This document shows positions 36,901 to 51,375 of a stretch of DNA of 64,000 nt, piece after piece; positions within the stretch are counted from its first letter, which is position 1; every line of letters starts with the position of its first letter. Source of the DNA: Mobula hypostoma. Lineage: Eukaryota. The notes beneath the pieces were generated by a model. It worked only from the letters and a program-made list of their open reading frames with translations. It searched no databases and had not been told where the DNA came from. The stretch lies in NCBI RefSeq assembly GCF_963921235.1, contig NC_086097.1:106766001-106830000 (forward strand), in the 5' to 3' direction. A program made the translations under genes and the position numbers.

Positions 36901-39552
36901 TTAGTATCATCAGCAAACTTGCTGATGTTATTCACAATACCTTCCTCTAAATCACTGACGTAAAACGTAAACAGCTGTGGTCCCAATACCGAGCCCTGTG
37001 GCACCCCACTAGTCACCACCTGCCATTCCGAGAAACACCCATTCACTGCTACCCTTTGCTTTCTATCTGCCAACCAGTTTTCTATCCATGTCAATATCCT
37101 CCCCCCAATGCCATGAGCTCTGATTTCACCCACCAATCTCCTATGTGGTACCTTATCAAATGCCTTCTGAAAGTCAAGGTACACCACATCCACTGGATCT
37201 CCTGCGTCTATCTTCCTGGTTACATCCTCAAAAAACTCCAATAGATTAGTCAAGCATGATTTGCCCTTGGTAAATCCATGCTGGCTCGGCCCAATCCTAT
37301 CACTGCTATCATGATATGCCACTATTTCATCTTTAATAATGGTCTCTAGCATCTTCCCTACTACTGATGTTAGGCTAACAGGGCGATAGTTCTCTGTTTT
37401 CTTCCTCCCTCCTTTCTTAAAAAGTGGGATAACATTAGCCATTCGCCAATCCTCAGGAACTGATCCTGAATCTAAGGAACATTGGAAAATGATCACCAAC
37501 GCATCTGCAATTTCCAGAGCCACCTCCTTTAGTACCCTAGGATGCAGACCATCTGGACCTGGGAATTTGTTAGCCTTCAGTCCCACCAGTCTACTCATCA
37601 CCGTTTCCTTCCTAATGTCAATCTGTTTTAGTTTCTCTGTTACCCTATGTCCGTGGCCCATCCATACATCTGGGAGATTGCTTGTGTCTTCCCTAGTGAA
37701 GACAGATCCAAAGTACTTCTTAAATTCGTCTGCTATTTCTCTGTTTCCCATAACAATTTCTCCCAATTCATTCCTCAAGGCCCCAACATTGTTCTCAACT
37801 ATCTTCTTTCTCTTCGCATACCTAAAAAAACTTTTGCTATCCTCCTTTATATTCCTATCTAGCTTGTGTTCATAGCTCATTTTTTCTCCCCGTATAGCCT
37901 TTATAGTTAAGTTCTGCTGCTCCTTAAAAATTTGCCATTCATCCATCTTCCCACTCACCTTAGCTCTGTTATACTTCTTTTTTAATGCTATGCCAACTCT
38001 GACTTCCTTTGTCAACCACTGTGGCCACCTTCCCCCCTTTGAATCCTTCCTTCTCCGGGGGATGAACTGATTTTGCACCTTGTGCATCATTCCCAAGAAT
38101 ACCTGCCATTGCTGTTCCACTGTCTTTTCTGCTAGGATATCTGACCAGTCAACTTTGGCCAGCTCCTCCCTCATGGCTCCATAGTCTCCTTTGTTCAACT
38201 GCAATACTGACACTTCTGATCTGCCCTTATCCCTCTCAACTTGCAGATAAAAACATCATATTATGGTCACTACCTCCTACTGGCTCCTTTACTTCAAGTT
38301 CACTTATCAAGTCCTGCTCATTGCACAACACTAAATCCAGAATAGCCTTATCCCTGGTCGGCTCTCGTACAAGCTGCACCAAAAATGCATCCCGTAGGCA
38401 CTCTACAAACTCCCTATCCTGGGGTGCAGTACCAACCTGATTTTCCCAGTTCACCTGCATGTTGAAATCCCCCATAACTACTGCGACATTTCCTTTGCCA
38501 CATGCCATTGTGAACTCCCTATTCAACTTGCACCCAATATCCATGCTACTGTTTGGGGGCCTGTAGATAACACTTATTAGGGTCTTTCTGCCCTTACTGT
38601 TCCTCAGTTCTATCCACACTGACTCTATTTCTCCTGATTCTATGTCCCCCCTTGCAAGGGACTGAATCTCATTCCTCACCAACAGGGCCACCCCACCCCC
38701 TTCTGCCCACCTTTCTGTCCCTTCAGTAGCACGTATACCCTTGTACATTCAATTCCCAGGTCTGATTCCCCTGCAGCCATGTCTCCGTTATCCCAAGAAC
38801 ATCATAGTTACCCATTCGCACCTGAGCTTCAAGCTTATCTGCCTTATTTCTGACACCACGCATTCAGATACAGAATTTTTAACCCATTTCTCCTCTCTCT
38901 GTTTAAATCGCTACCTATTGTGCATAACCCAGCTCCCCGAACTCTCACCGGGCTATACGCCCCTTGAATTTTGTTGTCCTTCTAAAATTTACTTACTCTT
39001 TCTGCACATTTAACTCCATGCTCTGTCAGACCATCCCTCTGCACATGTATCCTCCTTATCACTCGTTCCACCTCACCTTTCTCTACTTCACACTTAATAT
39101 TCCAGAACCGTGTAGTCCCCAACTGTCCTTTATAATAGGTTGAGTGAACTCGGCCTTTCCCCTTGGAGCGATGGAGGATGAGAGGTGACTTGATAGAGGT
39201 GTATAAGAGGATGAGAGGCATTGATGGTGTGGATAGTCAGAGGCTTTTTCCCAGGGCTGGAATGGTTGCCACAGGACGACACAGGTTTAAGGTGCTGGGG
39301 AGTAGGTACAGAGGAGATGTTAGGGGTAGGTTTTTTACTCAGAGAGTAGTGAGTGCGTAGAATGGGCTGCTGGCAACGGTGGTGGAGGTGGATTCGATAG
39401 GGTCTTTTAAGAGACTTATAGATAGGTACATGGAGCTTAAAAAAATTGAGGGCTATGGGTAAGCCTAGTAATTTCTAAGGTAGGGACATGTTCGGCGCAA
39501 CTTCGTGGGCCGAAGGGCCTGTATTGTGCTCTAGGTTTTCTATGTTTCTGTT
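33916..39552 (+). mobile_element. CR1 LINE (APE to 3' end) split by an antisense CR1
   Basis: ORFs 34547-34891 and 34922-35707 (FADD); the element resumes at 39134, with ORF 39163-39360 (MRGDLIEVYK). Confidence 0.92.
35991..39133 (-). mobile_element. CR1 LINE, most of ORF2, with (CAATAGA)n tail
   Basis: ORFs 38236-38748 (APE), 36729-38213 (RT) and 36081-36674; 4-bp duplication AATA at 35987-35990 and 39134-39137. Confidence 0.95.
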
Positions 39553-42500
39553 TGTAACTCGTCTTTTCAGTATTATTTATTTACATAATTTATTTCCTTT
39601 TGCACATTGGTTGTAAGTATTTATCTATGTATTGTTTTTCATAATTCTATTGTATTTCTTTATTTTCCTGTAAATGCCTGCAAGAAAATTAATCTCAAGG
39701 TCGTATATGGTGGCATATGGGTGTCAATATCTCTTGAGGATCTATCCTGGTCTCAACATATTGGTGCAGCTATGAAGAAAGAACAACAGTAGCTATATTC
39801 CATTTTGAGTTTCAGAAGATTTGGTATATCACCAAAAAGACTTGCAAATTTCTGCAGATGTACTGTGGAGAGCATTCTAACTGGCTGCATCACCGTCTGG
39901 TATGGTGGGGGGAAGGGTGGCTACTGCACACGATCAAAATAAGCTGCAGAGAGCTGTAAACTTAATCAGCTCCATCTAGCTTCCGTCGTATCCAGGAAAT
40001 CTTCAAGGAACAAAGCCTCAAAAGGCAGCATCCATCATTAATGATCAACATCACTCAGGTCGTGCCCTGTTTTCATTGTTACCACCAGGAAGGAAATACA
40101 AAAGTCTGAAGACACACACTCAGTGATTCAGGAACAGCTGCTTCTCCTCCGCCATCTAATTTCTGGATGGACATTGAACCCATGAACACTACCTCACTAC
40201 TTTTTTTTAAATTTTGCACTATTTAGATATCCTGAAGGGGGAGGGAGAGGAACCAGAGGACGTGGTACATATGACATAGGTAGGAAAAGGGGAGAGGTCC
40301 TGAAAGGAGAATATAGGGAGTTAGGAAGGGAGTTGAGAAAAAGGACCGCAAAGGTAGTAATCTCAGGATTTTACTGCCTGTGCTACACGACAGTGAGAGT
40401 AGGAATGCAATGAGGTGGAGGATAAATGCGTGGCTGAGGGATTGGAGCAGGGGGCAGGGATTCAAGTTTTTGGATCATTGGGACCTCTGTTGGCGCAGGT
40501 GTGACCTGTACGAAAAGGATGGGTTACACTTGAATCCTAGGGGGACCAATATCCTGGCGGGGAGATTTGCGAGGGCTACTGAGATGACTTTAAACTAGAA
40601 TGGTTGTGGGGGTGGGAATCAAATTCAGGAGACTAGGAGAGAGGAGGTTAGTTCACAAATAGAGAAAGCTAGTAGACAGTGTATGAGGGAGGATAGGCAG
40701 GGGACAGAGATCAGGAGCATTCAGACCAAAGATGTAGGGGACAACGATGAAAAAGATAACAAAGTTGTTTGCTACATTAAGGATAAAAAGAGAGTAGGAG
40801 GTGGAGAGTTTTTTTAAATGCATCTATTTAGGAGCATTGTAAGAAAGGTGGATGAGTTTAGAGCATGGATTGATACCTGGAAATATGATGTTGTAGCTAT
40901 TAGTGAAATGTGGTTGCAGGAGGGGTGTGATTGGCAACTAAATATTCCAGGATTTCATTGCTTCAGGTGTGATAGAATAGGAGGGGCAAAAGGGGGAGGT
41001 GTTGCATTGCTTGTCAGAGAAAATATAACAGCGGTCCTCTGGCAGGATAGATTAGTGGACTCATCCAGGGAGGCTATTTGGGTGGAATTGGGCAATAGGA
41101 AAGGTGTAGTGATGCTTATAGGGGTGTATTATAGACCACCTAATGGGGACCGAGAACCCGAGGAGCAAACTTGTAAGGAGATAGCAGATATTTGTAGTAA
41201 GCACAAGGTTGTGATTGTGGGAGATTTTAATTTTCCACACATAGACTGGGCAGCCCGTTCGGTAAAAGGGCTGGAAGGTTTGGAGTTTGTCAAATGTGTG
41301 CAAGATAGTTTTTTGCAGCAATACATGGAGGTATCAACTAGAGAAGGAGCAGTGTTGGATCTCCTGTTAGGGAATGAGACAGGGCAGGTGACGGAGGTAT
41401 GTATTGGAGAGCACTTCGGGTCCAGTGATCACAATACCATTAGTTTCAATATAATTATGGAGAAGGATAGGACTGGACCCAGGGTTGAGATTTTTGATTG
41501 GAGAAAGGCTAACTTTGAGGAGATGTGAAAGGATTTAGAAGGAGTGGATTGGGACAATTTTTTTATGGGAAGGATGTAATAGAGAAATGGAGGTCATTTA
41601 AAGGTGAAATTCTGAGGGTACACAATCTTTATGTTCCTGTTAGGTTGAAAGGAAAGGTTAAAAGTTTAAGAGAGCCATGGTTTTCAAGGGATATAGGAAA
41701 CATGGTTCAGAAAAAGAGAGGGATCTTCAATAAATATAGGCAGCTTGGAGTTAATGAGGTGCTCGAGGAATATAAAGAATGTAAAAAGAATCTTAAGAAA
41801 GAAATTAGAAAAGCTAAAAGAAGATACGAGGCAGCTTTAGCAAGTAAGGTGAAAATAAATCCAAAGGCTTTCTGCAGTTATATAAATAGCAAAAGGATAG
41901 TGAGGGATAAAATTGGTCCCTTAGAGAATCAGAGTGGATGGCTATGTGCGGAGCCAAAAGAGATGGGGGAGATTTTGAACAATGTCTTTTCTTTGATATT
42001 CACTAAGGAGAAGGATATTGAATTGTGTAAGGTAAAGGAAACAAGAAGGGTAGTTATAGAAAGTATGATGATTAAAGAAGAGGAAGTACTGGCGCTTTTA
42101 AGGAATATAAAAGTGGATAAGTCTCCAGGTCAGGACAAGATATTTCCTGGGACCTTGAGGGAAGTTAGTGTGGAAATAGCAGGGGCTCTGAAAGAAATAT
42201 TTCAAATGTCATTAGAAACGGGGATGGTGCCGGAGGATTGGCGTATTGCTCATGTGGTTCCATCGTTTAAAAAGGGTTCTAAGAGTAAACCTAGCAATTA
42301 TCGGCCTGTGAGTTTGACATCGGTAGTGGGTAAATTGATGGAAAGTATCCTTAGAGATGGTATATATAATTATCTGGATAGACAGAGTCTGATTAGGAAC
42401 AGTCAACATGGATTTGTGCATGCAAGGTCATGTTTGACAAATCTTATTGAATTTTTTGATGAGGGTTACTAGGAAAGTTGACGAGGGTAAAGCAGCGGAT

Positions 42501-42994
42501 GTTGTCTATATGGACTTCAGTAAGGCCTTTGACAAGGCTCCACATGGAAGGTTAGTTAGGAAGGTTCCATCGTTAGGCATTAATATTGAAGTAGTAAAAT
42601 GGATTCAGCAGTGGCTGGATGGGAGACGACAGAGAGTAGTGGTGGATAACTGCGTCAGATGCAGGATGGTGTGTAGCGGTGTGCCTCAGGGATCTGTACT
42701 GGGTCCAATGTTATTTGTCATATATATTAATGATCTGGATGATGGGGTGGTAAATTGGATTAGTAAGTATGCAGATGATACTAAGATAGGTGGCGTTGTG
42801 GATAATGAAGTAGGTTTTCAAAGCTTGCAGAGAGATTTAGGCCAGTTAGAAGAGTGGGCTGAAAGATGGCAGATGGAGTTTAATGCTGAAAAATCTGAGG
42901 TGCTACATTTTGGTAGGACTAATCAAAATAGGACATACATGGTAAATGGTAGGGCATTGAAAAATGCTGTAGAACAGAGCGATCTAGGAATAAT

Positions 42995-43588
42995 GGTAAA
43001 CGCAGCAGGCCACGCAGCATCTCTAGGAAGAGGTACAGTCGACGTTTCAGGCCGAGATCCTTCGTCAGGATTAACTGAAGGAAGATTTAGTAAGAGATTT
43101 GAAAGTGGGAGGGGGAGGGGAGATCCAAAATGATAGGAGAAGACGGGAGGGGGAGGGATGGAGCCAAGAGCTGGACAGGTGATTGGCAAAGGGGATATGA
43201 GAGGATCATGAGACAGGAGGCCCGGGGAGAAAGACAAGGGGGGGTGGAACTCAGAGGATGGGCAAGGGGTATAGTCAGAGGGACAGAGGGAGAAAAAGGA
43301 GAGAAAGAGAAAGAATGTGTGTATAAAAATAAATAACGGATGGGGTACGAGGGGGAGGTGGGGCATTAGCGGAAGTTAGAGAAGTCAATATTCATGCCAT
43401 CAGGTTGGAGGCTACCCAGACAGAATATAAGGTGTTGTTCCTCCAACCTGAGTGTGGCTTCATCTTTACAGTAGAGGAGGCCGTGGATAGACATGTCAGA
43501 ATGGGAATTGGATGTGAAATTAAAATGTGTGGCCACTGGGAGATTCTGCTTTCTCTGGCGGACAGAGTGTAGGTGTTCAGCAAAGCAG
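42995..43588 (-). mobile_element. Penelope-like 3' fragment inserted in a CR1
   Basis: Closely matches 57260-57850 (GIY-YIG C-terminus, UTR and hammerhead). Confidence 0.9.
43036..43073 (-). ncRNA. Minimal hammerhead ribozyme with an intact core and one stem I mismatch
   Basis: Minus strand UAAUC-CUGACGA-AGG(AUCUCGG)CCU-GAAACGUC^GACUG. Confidence 0.65.
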
Positions 43589-45124
43589 TCGATGTTGTCG
43601 TTTAAAGTTAAATTGGATAGATATATGGACAGGAAGGGAATGGAGGGTTATGGACTGAGTGCAGGTCGGTGGGACTAGGTGAGGATAGGAGTTCGGCACG
43701 GACTAGAAGGGCCGAGATAGCCTGTTTTCGTGCTGTAATTGTTATGTGGTTATATGGTTATTTAACTATTTGATATATATACACTTACTGTAATTCAGTT
43801 TGTTCTCAATTATTATTTACTGTTTACTTTGTACTATATTATTTATTATTAATTATTATTATTTATACTACAGCAATACATTGTACTACTGCCGCAACAA
43901 CAAATATCACAACATATGCTAGTGATATTAAACCTGATTTTGATTCATATGCATACTTGAATTAGAGAAGAACAAGCAGCAGCTGCTATGGAAAAGTACA
44001 GGGACCACAAAAGTACAGAAGGTCAGCATCAAATAGGTGGGAAGTCAGCTACAAAAATATGCAGATATGGGGATAGGGGAATGGGGGATATGCCTGTAAT
44101 ATCAACAGGGGTTAAGCTTCAAGAGTGTGGGGATTAGATACAGAAGCAGAGTACATCAGCCAATAAAGCAAGGGAAATGTTTGGAATATTCAAACAATAA
44201 GCTTGAAGAAAGCGTAGATAGCCTACTAAATACAAGACAACATCATCAACAGATCAGCAAGAATTACCCTAGAGGAAAGCATCAGCTACAAAAGAGCACG
44301 AAAGTCTTGAGAAAAGAACTGATATTCTCCGGAATCAAATGAACATCAGCTACAATCGAGAAGGAGATAAACAGAAAAAGATCAGGCGAACAATAACAAA
44401 AGATGGGGGGAGCACCTACAAGATAGAGATCAGACACAAAAGAGAGGAGATTGGGTAAAGAAGAATAGGGAATCAGCTGCAAAAGAGCAGAAAACTATTT
44501 AAAAATGGGCAGAACATGTGCAAAAGTGCAAAGATTCAATGACAGATGAGGAGATCAGAAGGCAGAGAGCAGTATTTCATCTACAGATGATCCAGAGGTC
44601 CGATATATTGGATCCTAACAATGGGTACAGAAAAGTAGGAAATCAGTTTTTAAAAAAAAGTCAGCCACATAATAACGAAAGACCAGCTACGAAAGACCAG
44701 GAGAGCAGCTGAAAGGCTGCACAAGATCAGGTGAAAGGATTGGAGATAGGCTGCTATTTAACAGCATTATTACTTACTTATTTTAATCTATTAGTTATAC
44801 GATTCATTCTCCTTTGCATATTGGTTGCTTGTCAGTCTTAGTCTGTGTATAGTTTTTCATAAATTCTATAAATGCCTACAAGAAAATGAATCTCAAGGTA
44901 GTGTATGGTGACATACACATACATACTTGGACAATAAATTTACTTTGAATTTTGAACAGGTAACATGATAGCAGTAGGTAACAGAGGGAGATGAGCAGCA
45001 ATAAGCTAAAAAGAGCATATCAACTGGAAAGGTGTGAAAATCACCAATGTCCAGGCTATTGGGAGAAGTGGAGATAAGTCACAAAATACTAGAGATTGCA
45101 GGCTACAGAACAGATCAAATACTA

Positions 45125-45470
45125 AAGCAACACATACAAAATGCTGGAGGAACTCTGCAGGTCAGACAGCATCTATAGAAATGAATAAATAGTCGATATT
45201 TCTGGCTGAGACTCTTCTTCACGACTGAAAAGAAAGTGTCAGAATAAAAAAGTGGAGGTAAGGGGAAGAAGGATAGTTGGAAGGTTATAGTTGAAGTCAG
45301 GTGGATAGGAAAGGTAAAGAGCTGGACAGGAAGATATCCGATTGCGGAAGAGAGTGGGTCATAGGAGAAAGGAAAGGAGGAGGGGACCCAGGGGGAGGTG
45401 ATGGACAGGTGAGAAGGGGTAAGAGGCCAGAGTGGGGAATAGAAAAAGAGAGGAGGGCAGGAAAAAAATC
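45125..45470 (-). mobile_element. Old Penelope-like terminal fragment
   Basis: AAATGCTGGAGGAACTC...AGCATCTATAGAAATGAATAAA, similar to the 30510 copy; hammerhead degenerate. Confidence 0.65.
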
Positions 45471-46345
45471 GATAACAAGAGAGCAATGAAAACAAACTCC
45501 CAGGGAAGATATGTGCCTGTGATAGCAAGTAGATTGAGTACATAGCCAGAGATCACAGCGGGGGAGCAGTCAGAGTGTCTCACTGAACTCCTGTCGAAGA
45601 GAAGATTTAAACTTTTTCAGGGCAGACATGACTCAAAGAGATTGAAGAGCCAATCATTAGCTACAAAAGAGCACAGGAACAGCTGGAAAAGGGAAGTTAT
45701 CCGCTACAAGAGAGTAGGAAACAAACTCTGAAAGAACAGAGGTACAGCTGCAAAGGATTAAAACTTCGACTACAAACAATGGAAAAACAGCTAGAGAAGC
45801 AAAGAAACTGCTCAAAGATACAGAAAATAACCAGCAAAGGAGCAGACAAAAGCTGCATAACACAGCAAAAGATCAGGCACAAATCAGTAGACAATTAACC
45901 GCTGTAGATTCAAAACACCAGCTCCATCAGAGTGGGAGCTGTGCTGTAATGGAGCATAATTTTAGAAAACAAAGAGAGCTGGAGATAACAGGAAATCACA
46001 GGAAATCATCTATTGAAGGAATGGGATATCAGCTACAAATCAATGGAAAATCAGCTATAGAATAAAATGAGATCAAGTACAAATCTCTAGGAAATATAAA
46101 ATTAGATAAAATACAACGAGAACTCAACTTCAAAGAGCAGGAGATATGTCACAAAAAAGCAAGAGTCCAGGTAAAAAATGCATGCAGATCAACTGTAAGA
46201 CAAGTCTGAGGTGTTGCAGTTCAAGAGGTTTAATGTAAGGGGAAAGTATAGAATTAATGGAGGTCCTTTAGCAGGACACCAAAACAACCAGCCGCTGGTC
46301 TCCACTCATGCTACGGTAGGAATAATACCTCTTTCTCCCTTGTTG

Positions 46346-47632
46346 GTGAAAGGAAAATCATGTCTGACGAATCCCATAGAATTTTTTGAGGATGTAACTA
46401 GTAGAGTGGATAGGGGAGAACCAGTGGATGTGGTATATTTGGATTTTCAAAAGGCTTTTGACAAGGTCCCACACAGGAGATTAGTGTGCAAACTTAAAGC
46501 ACATGGTATTGGGGGTAAGGTATTGGTGTGGGTGGAGAATTGGTTAGCAGACAGGAAGCAAAGAGTGGGAATAAACGGGACCTTTTCAGAATGGCAGGCG
46601 GTAACTAGTGGGGTACCGCAAGGCTCAGTGCTGGGACCCCAGTTGTTTACAATATATATTAATGACTTGGATGAGGGAATTAAATGCAGCATCTCCAAGT
46701 TTGCGGATGACACGAAGCTGGGTGGCAGTGTTAGCAGTGAGGAGGATGCTAAGAGGATGCAGGGTGACTTGGATAGGTTGGGTGAGTGGGCAAACTCATG
46801 GCAGATGCAATTTAATGTGGATAAATGTGAAGTTATCCACTTTGGTGGCAAAAATAGGAAAACAGATTATTATCTGAATGGTGGCCGATTAGGAAAAGGG
46901 GAGGTGCAACGAGACCTGGGTGTCATTATACACCAGTCATTGAAAGTGGGCATGCAGGTACAGCAGGCGGTGAAAAAGGCGAACGGTATGCTGGCATTTA
47001 TAGCGAGAGGATTCGAGTACAGGAGCAGGGAGGTACTACTGCAGTTGTACAAGGCCTTGGTGAGACCACACCTGGAGTATTGTGTGCAGTTTTGGTCCCC
47101 TAATCTGAGGAAAGACATCTTTGCCATAGAGGGAGTACAAAGAAGGTTCACCAGATTGATTCCTGGGATGGCAGGTCTTTCATATGAAGAAAGACTGGAT
47201 GAACTGGGCTTGTACTCGTTGGAATTTAGAAGATTGAGGGGGGATCTGATTGAAACGTATAAGATCCTAAAGGGATTGGACAGGCTAGATGCGGGAAGAT
47301 TGTTCCCGATGTTGGGGAGGTCCAGAACGAGGGGTCACAGTTTGAGGATAGAGGGGAAGCCTTTTAGGACCGAGATTAGGAAAAACTTCTTCACACAGAG
47401 AGTGGTGAATCTGTGGAATTCTCTGCCACAGCAAACTGTTGAGGCCAGTTCATTGGCTATGTTTAAGAGGGAGTTAGATATGGCCCTTGTGGCTACAGGG
47501 GTCAGGGGGTATGGAGGGAAGGCTGGGTTCTGAGTTGGATGATCAGCCATGATCATAATAAATGGCGGTGCAGGCTCGAAGGGCCGAATGGCCTACTCCT
47601 GCACCTATTTTCTATGTTTCTATGTTTCTATG
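46346..47632 (+). mobile_element. Young 5'-truncated CR1 with uninterrupted RT C-terminal frame
   Basis: ORF 46211-47533 is CR1 from KGKSCLTN onward (FADD); (TTTCTATG)3 tail. Confidence 0.96.
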
Positions 47633-48980
47633 AAAGATAGAGCCTGTGTCATGTCGAAATGCTGGGTTTTGGACTGTGGCTTTTGATGGACTCCAGGTCA
47701 CGGTCTTTTTAGGGGCTTTGCTATTGCCTGCACAGTGGGTATTGGGAGGGCTATGCTTCCAGCTGGAACAAGTGGGGCAGAGGGTTAATGCTTTGCTGCT
47801 GCTTGTGCATGGGAAGGGGGAGAGGGGGCTTTGGGGTTCTAACATTTTTCTGTAGTTCATTCTTTGAGGTTTTTCTTCTGTTTCGTGGATGTCTGTAAAG
47901 AGTAAGAATTTCAGGTTGTATACTATATACATTCTCTCATATTAAATTGAACTGTTGAAGTTTTTAACCACTGACTGATGTACAAAGCGATCTTGGGATC
48001 CCAGTCCATAACTTACTGAAAGTGGCAATTCAAGTGGTTAAAGGAAAAGAAGGCAAGTGGCATGCTAGCCTTCATTAGCCAGGGCACTGAATATAAAAGT
48101 TGGAAGTCATGTCACAGCTATATAACACTTCGGCTAGGCCACACTTGAAGTATTGTGTGCAAGTAGAAGCTACCAAATTGGCAAATTAGCTTCTACTGAG
48201 CACAGGTAAGCAAAATAATTGATTATAATTACAAAGGAGCAAGGAATCAACTACAGAATCATGGAAGTTCACTTAAACAAGGATCAAACTAAATAAAAGA
48301 GCAAGTGATTGGCTGCAAGGCATTACGAAGCTCTACTATTGATAAGTTGAACCAAGAATCTAGCATCTGCAATCTCTTGTGTCTCTCTGCTATTGAAGAC
48401 TTGGAAATTGGTTTCAAATGAATAGGAGTTCAGCAGTAAAACAGTGGCAGAGTAGCCACAAAACATTGGGAGATATAATGCAAAAACAGAGGGAGATCCG
48501 CAACAGCCACTTGTTGAGACTAGCGAAGAAAAAAAAGGAAGAGGTCAAATTCAAACGGCAGAAGATTAGGGTGAACAACTGCTGTTGGGCAGTAAGATCA
48601 ACTGCAGTGCACATCCAGATAATCCCTAAAGAACTACTAAACAAGAAATAGAATGGAACCACTGAAAGTTGAGCAATCCAGTAAATAAAAGCAGGAGAGC
48701 AACTACAAAAGATCAGGGTGATAAGATAAAAAGAGCAAGAGAACAGCCTCAAAAAAATAGTGGGTGTAAAAAAAAAATCAGGGAGACCAAAGAGGTTAGC
48801 TTCAAAAAGGCACGGACACAGTCAAATTGTGGATTTGCAAAATGGTGTATTTCAAAACTAGCTGCAATCAAAATAATTGCATCATGAATTAGGTACAAAA
48901 GAGTGGCAAATTGGTCAAGGAAAAAGCAGAAATCATCCACAAAAGAGCAGTACATGCTGCAAAAGGTAAGATGGTAAAGT

Positions 48981-51375
48981 TATTTACTAACAACCAAAGA
49001 TCCCCTTTTTTTCATTTATTCCGTGGTACTAGGCAGGGTTGCCCTCTTAGTCCATTACTATTTGATATTGCCTTGGAACCGCTAACTATTGCCATTCGTG
49101 ACTCCCCTAATATATTTGGTATTACCCGTGGAAATGAGACTCATAAATTATCACTACATGCAGATGATCTACTATTATATATTTCTAACCCAGGAAAATC
49201 TATTCCGGCAGTATTAACTTTGCTCAGTTTAGTAGCTTTTCTGGTTATAAACTGAACCTAAGTAAGAGTGAACTCTTTCCATTAAATATGCAGGTTCCTA
49301 TTTATAGAAATTCTCCATTTAGACTGATTACTGATTATTTTACTTATTTGGGAGTTAAAATTACTGAGAGACATAAGGATCTATTCAATTTCAACCTTTT
49401 ACCATTAATTAATCAGGTTAAACAACTCATTACTAAATGGTCCCCTTTGTCTCTATCATTGATTGGCCGTATTAATGCTTTTAAAATGATTATTTTACCC
49501 AAATTTTTATATTTATTTCAAGCGATACTGATTTTTATTCCTAAATCTTTTTTTGATACTATTGACTCTAAAATCTCTTCTTATATATGGCAAAATAGAA
49601 ATCCCAGATTAAGTAAAAAAAATACTTAAAGACATCTAAGAAAGAGGGTGGTTTGGCATTGCCTGTCCTAAGATTTTACTACTGGGCAATTAATATCCGA
49701 TACTTAATATTTTGGATACAAGATTGGAATATAACTCCAAGCCCACATTGGGTAAACCTTGATGGCCATTCTGTACAAGGGTTTTCTTTAGCCTCCATTT
49801 TAGGAACTTCATTGCCTTTTGCACTATCTAAATTGAATAAACAAATTTTCAACCCTATAGTTAAACATACATTGCGAATATGGTTTCAATTTAGTAAATT
49901 TTTTGGTCTGAATGAATTTATGTTATCAAGTCTTATTATATCTAATTTTTTTTTCCAACCCTCGGTAATGGACCAAGCCTTTTTGATATGGAAAACGAAA
50001 GGCGTAATATGTTTTCGTGATTTATTTTTGGATAACTGCTTTATGTCTTTTGAGCAGTTACCTGAGAAATTTGATTTGCCTAGATCCCATTTCTTTAGTT
50101 ACTTACAAATAAGAAATTTTTTTAAATACTACGTTGCCTACTTTTCCGACTTCAAATCCTTCTGGCATTCTTGATAAAATTTTAGGTTTTAATCCTTTGC
50201 AGAAGGGATTAATAGCAATAATTTATGACATAATTATGAAATTACAGCCAGATATATCTGATAAAATTAAAAGTGAATGGGAAAGGGAACTTCAACTTTC
50301 CCTACCTACAGAGAAATGGGATAATATTTTTCAATTAGTTAGTACTTCTTCTATATGTGCTAAACATACTTTAATACAATTTAAAGTAGTACATAGAGCT
50401 TATATGTCCAAAGATAAACTAGCTCGTTTTTATTCCCATATAAACCCTACTTGTCATAGATGTCACTCTGAAGTGGCTTCTTTAACTCATATGTTTTGGT
50501 CCTGTCCTCTTTTGGAAAAATATTGGAAAGATCAAATATCTGGAATGAGCTGCCAGATGAGGTGGTAAATGCGGGTTCTTTTTTAACATTTAAGAATAAA
50601 TTGGACAGATACATGGATGGAAGGTGTATGGAGGGATATGGTCCGTGTGCAGGTCAGTGGGACTAGGCAGAAAATGGTTCGGCACTGTCAAGAAGGGCCA
50701 AAAGGCCGTTTCTGTGCTGTAGTTTCTATGGTTTCTAACAGTTCTATGCTTTGATTTAAAACCCCATCCTATTACGGCAATCTTCAGATTGCCAATGGTA
50801 GAACATAGATCTTTATCTTCTTCAGCCTCTCAAATGACAGCTTTTGTTACTTTGCGAGAAGATCTATTTTGTTGAACTGGAAGGAAATTAATCCTCCAAC
50901 TACATTCCAATGGTTTTCTCAAACCATATTAAGTTTAAATTTAGAAAAAATTAGAAGTGATATTTTTGACCCTTCGGTTAAATTTGAAGATACCTGGAAA
51001 CCTTTTATGCAACGTTTTCATATGATGTAATCTGACCTTTCCGAATCTTTTTTTTTAAATTACATGCTGAGAGGAGCGGAGTTAGCGACATTATGGATCA
51101 TGTCTGATACAAGTTGTTGGTCTAGCCCTGTTTTGCCTTTTTTCGGGGTTTTTTTTCTCTTTTTCTTTTGGGGTTTTTTTTGTTTATATATATTTTTTTC
51201 TTTTTATTTCTTTGTTAATGTTTAATCTCATTATGAGTTTGGAAGTCTTTTATTTCTATGTTAGTTAAAATTCATTTTATATATGCTGATGAACATTTTT
51301 CCAATCTCTTTGTACCAACTTTGTTATTGAGTTTATAATTTTGAAAATTAATAAAAAGATTTAAAGAGAGAAAGG
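48981..51375 (+). mobile_element. 5'-truncated L1/Tx1-clade LINE (AT-rich)
   Basis: RGTRQGCPLSPLLF...LSLHADD, SLIGRINAFKM.ILPKFLY and a zinc knuckle CHRC...HMFWSC; T-rich 3' UTR with AATAAA. 13-bp TSD AAGATGGTAAAGT at 48968-48980 and 51376-51388. Confidence 0.92.
50540..50748 (+). mobile_element. CR1 3' tail fragment inside the L1
   Basis: Nearly identical to the 30190-30388 CR1 end. Confidence 0.88.

Larger units (their letters stand above)
40226..43758 (+). mobile_element. CR1 LINE (ORF1 end to tail), defective
   Basis: ORFs 40380-40598, 40818-41528 (APE), 41525-42472 and 42447-43133 (YADD); (GGTTATAT)-type tail. Confidence 0.94.
39715..43947 (+). mobile_element. Rex1-like LINE 3' part split by a CR1
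   Basis: ISEDLSWSQH and CTVESILTGCITVWYG at 39.7-39.9 kb. The 3' UTR resumes at ~43760 and ends GATATTAAACCTGATTTTGATTC. Confidence 0.7.

Noticed and set aside
46211..46345. Novel N-terminal extension fused to an RT (ORF 46211-47533)
   Set aside because: Chance read-through from flanking DNA into a 5'-truncated CR1, with a non-ATG start.
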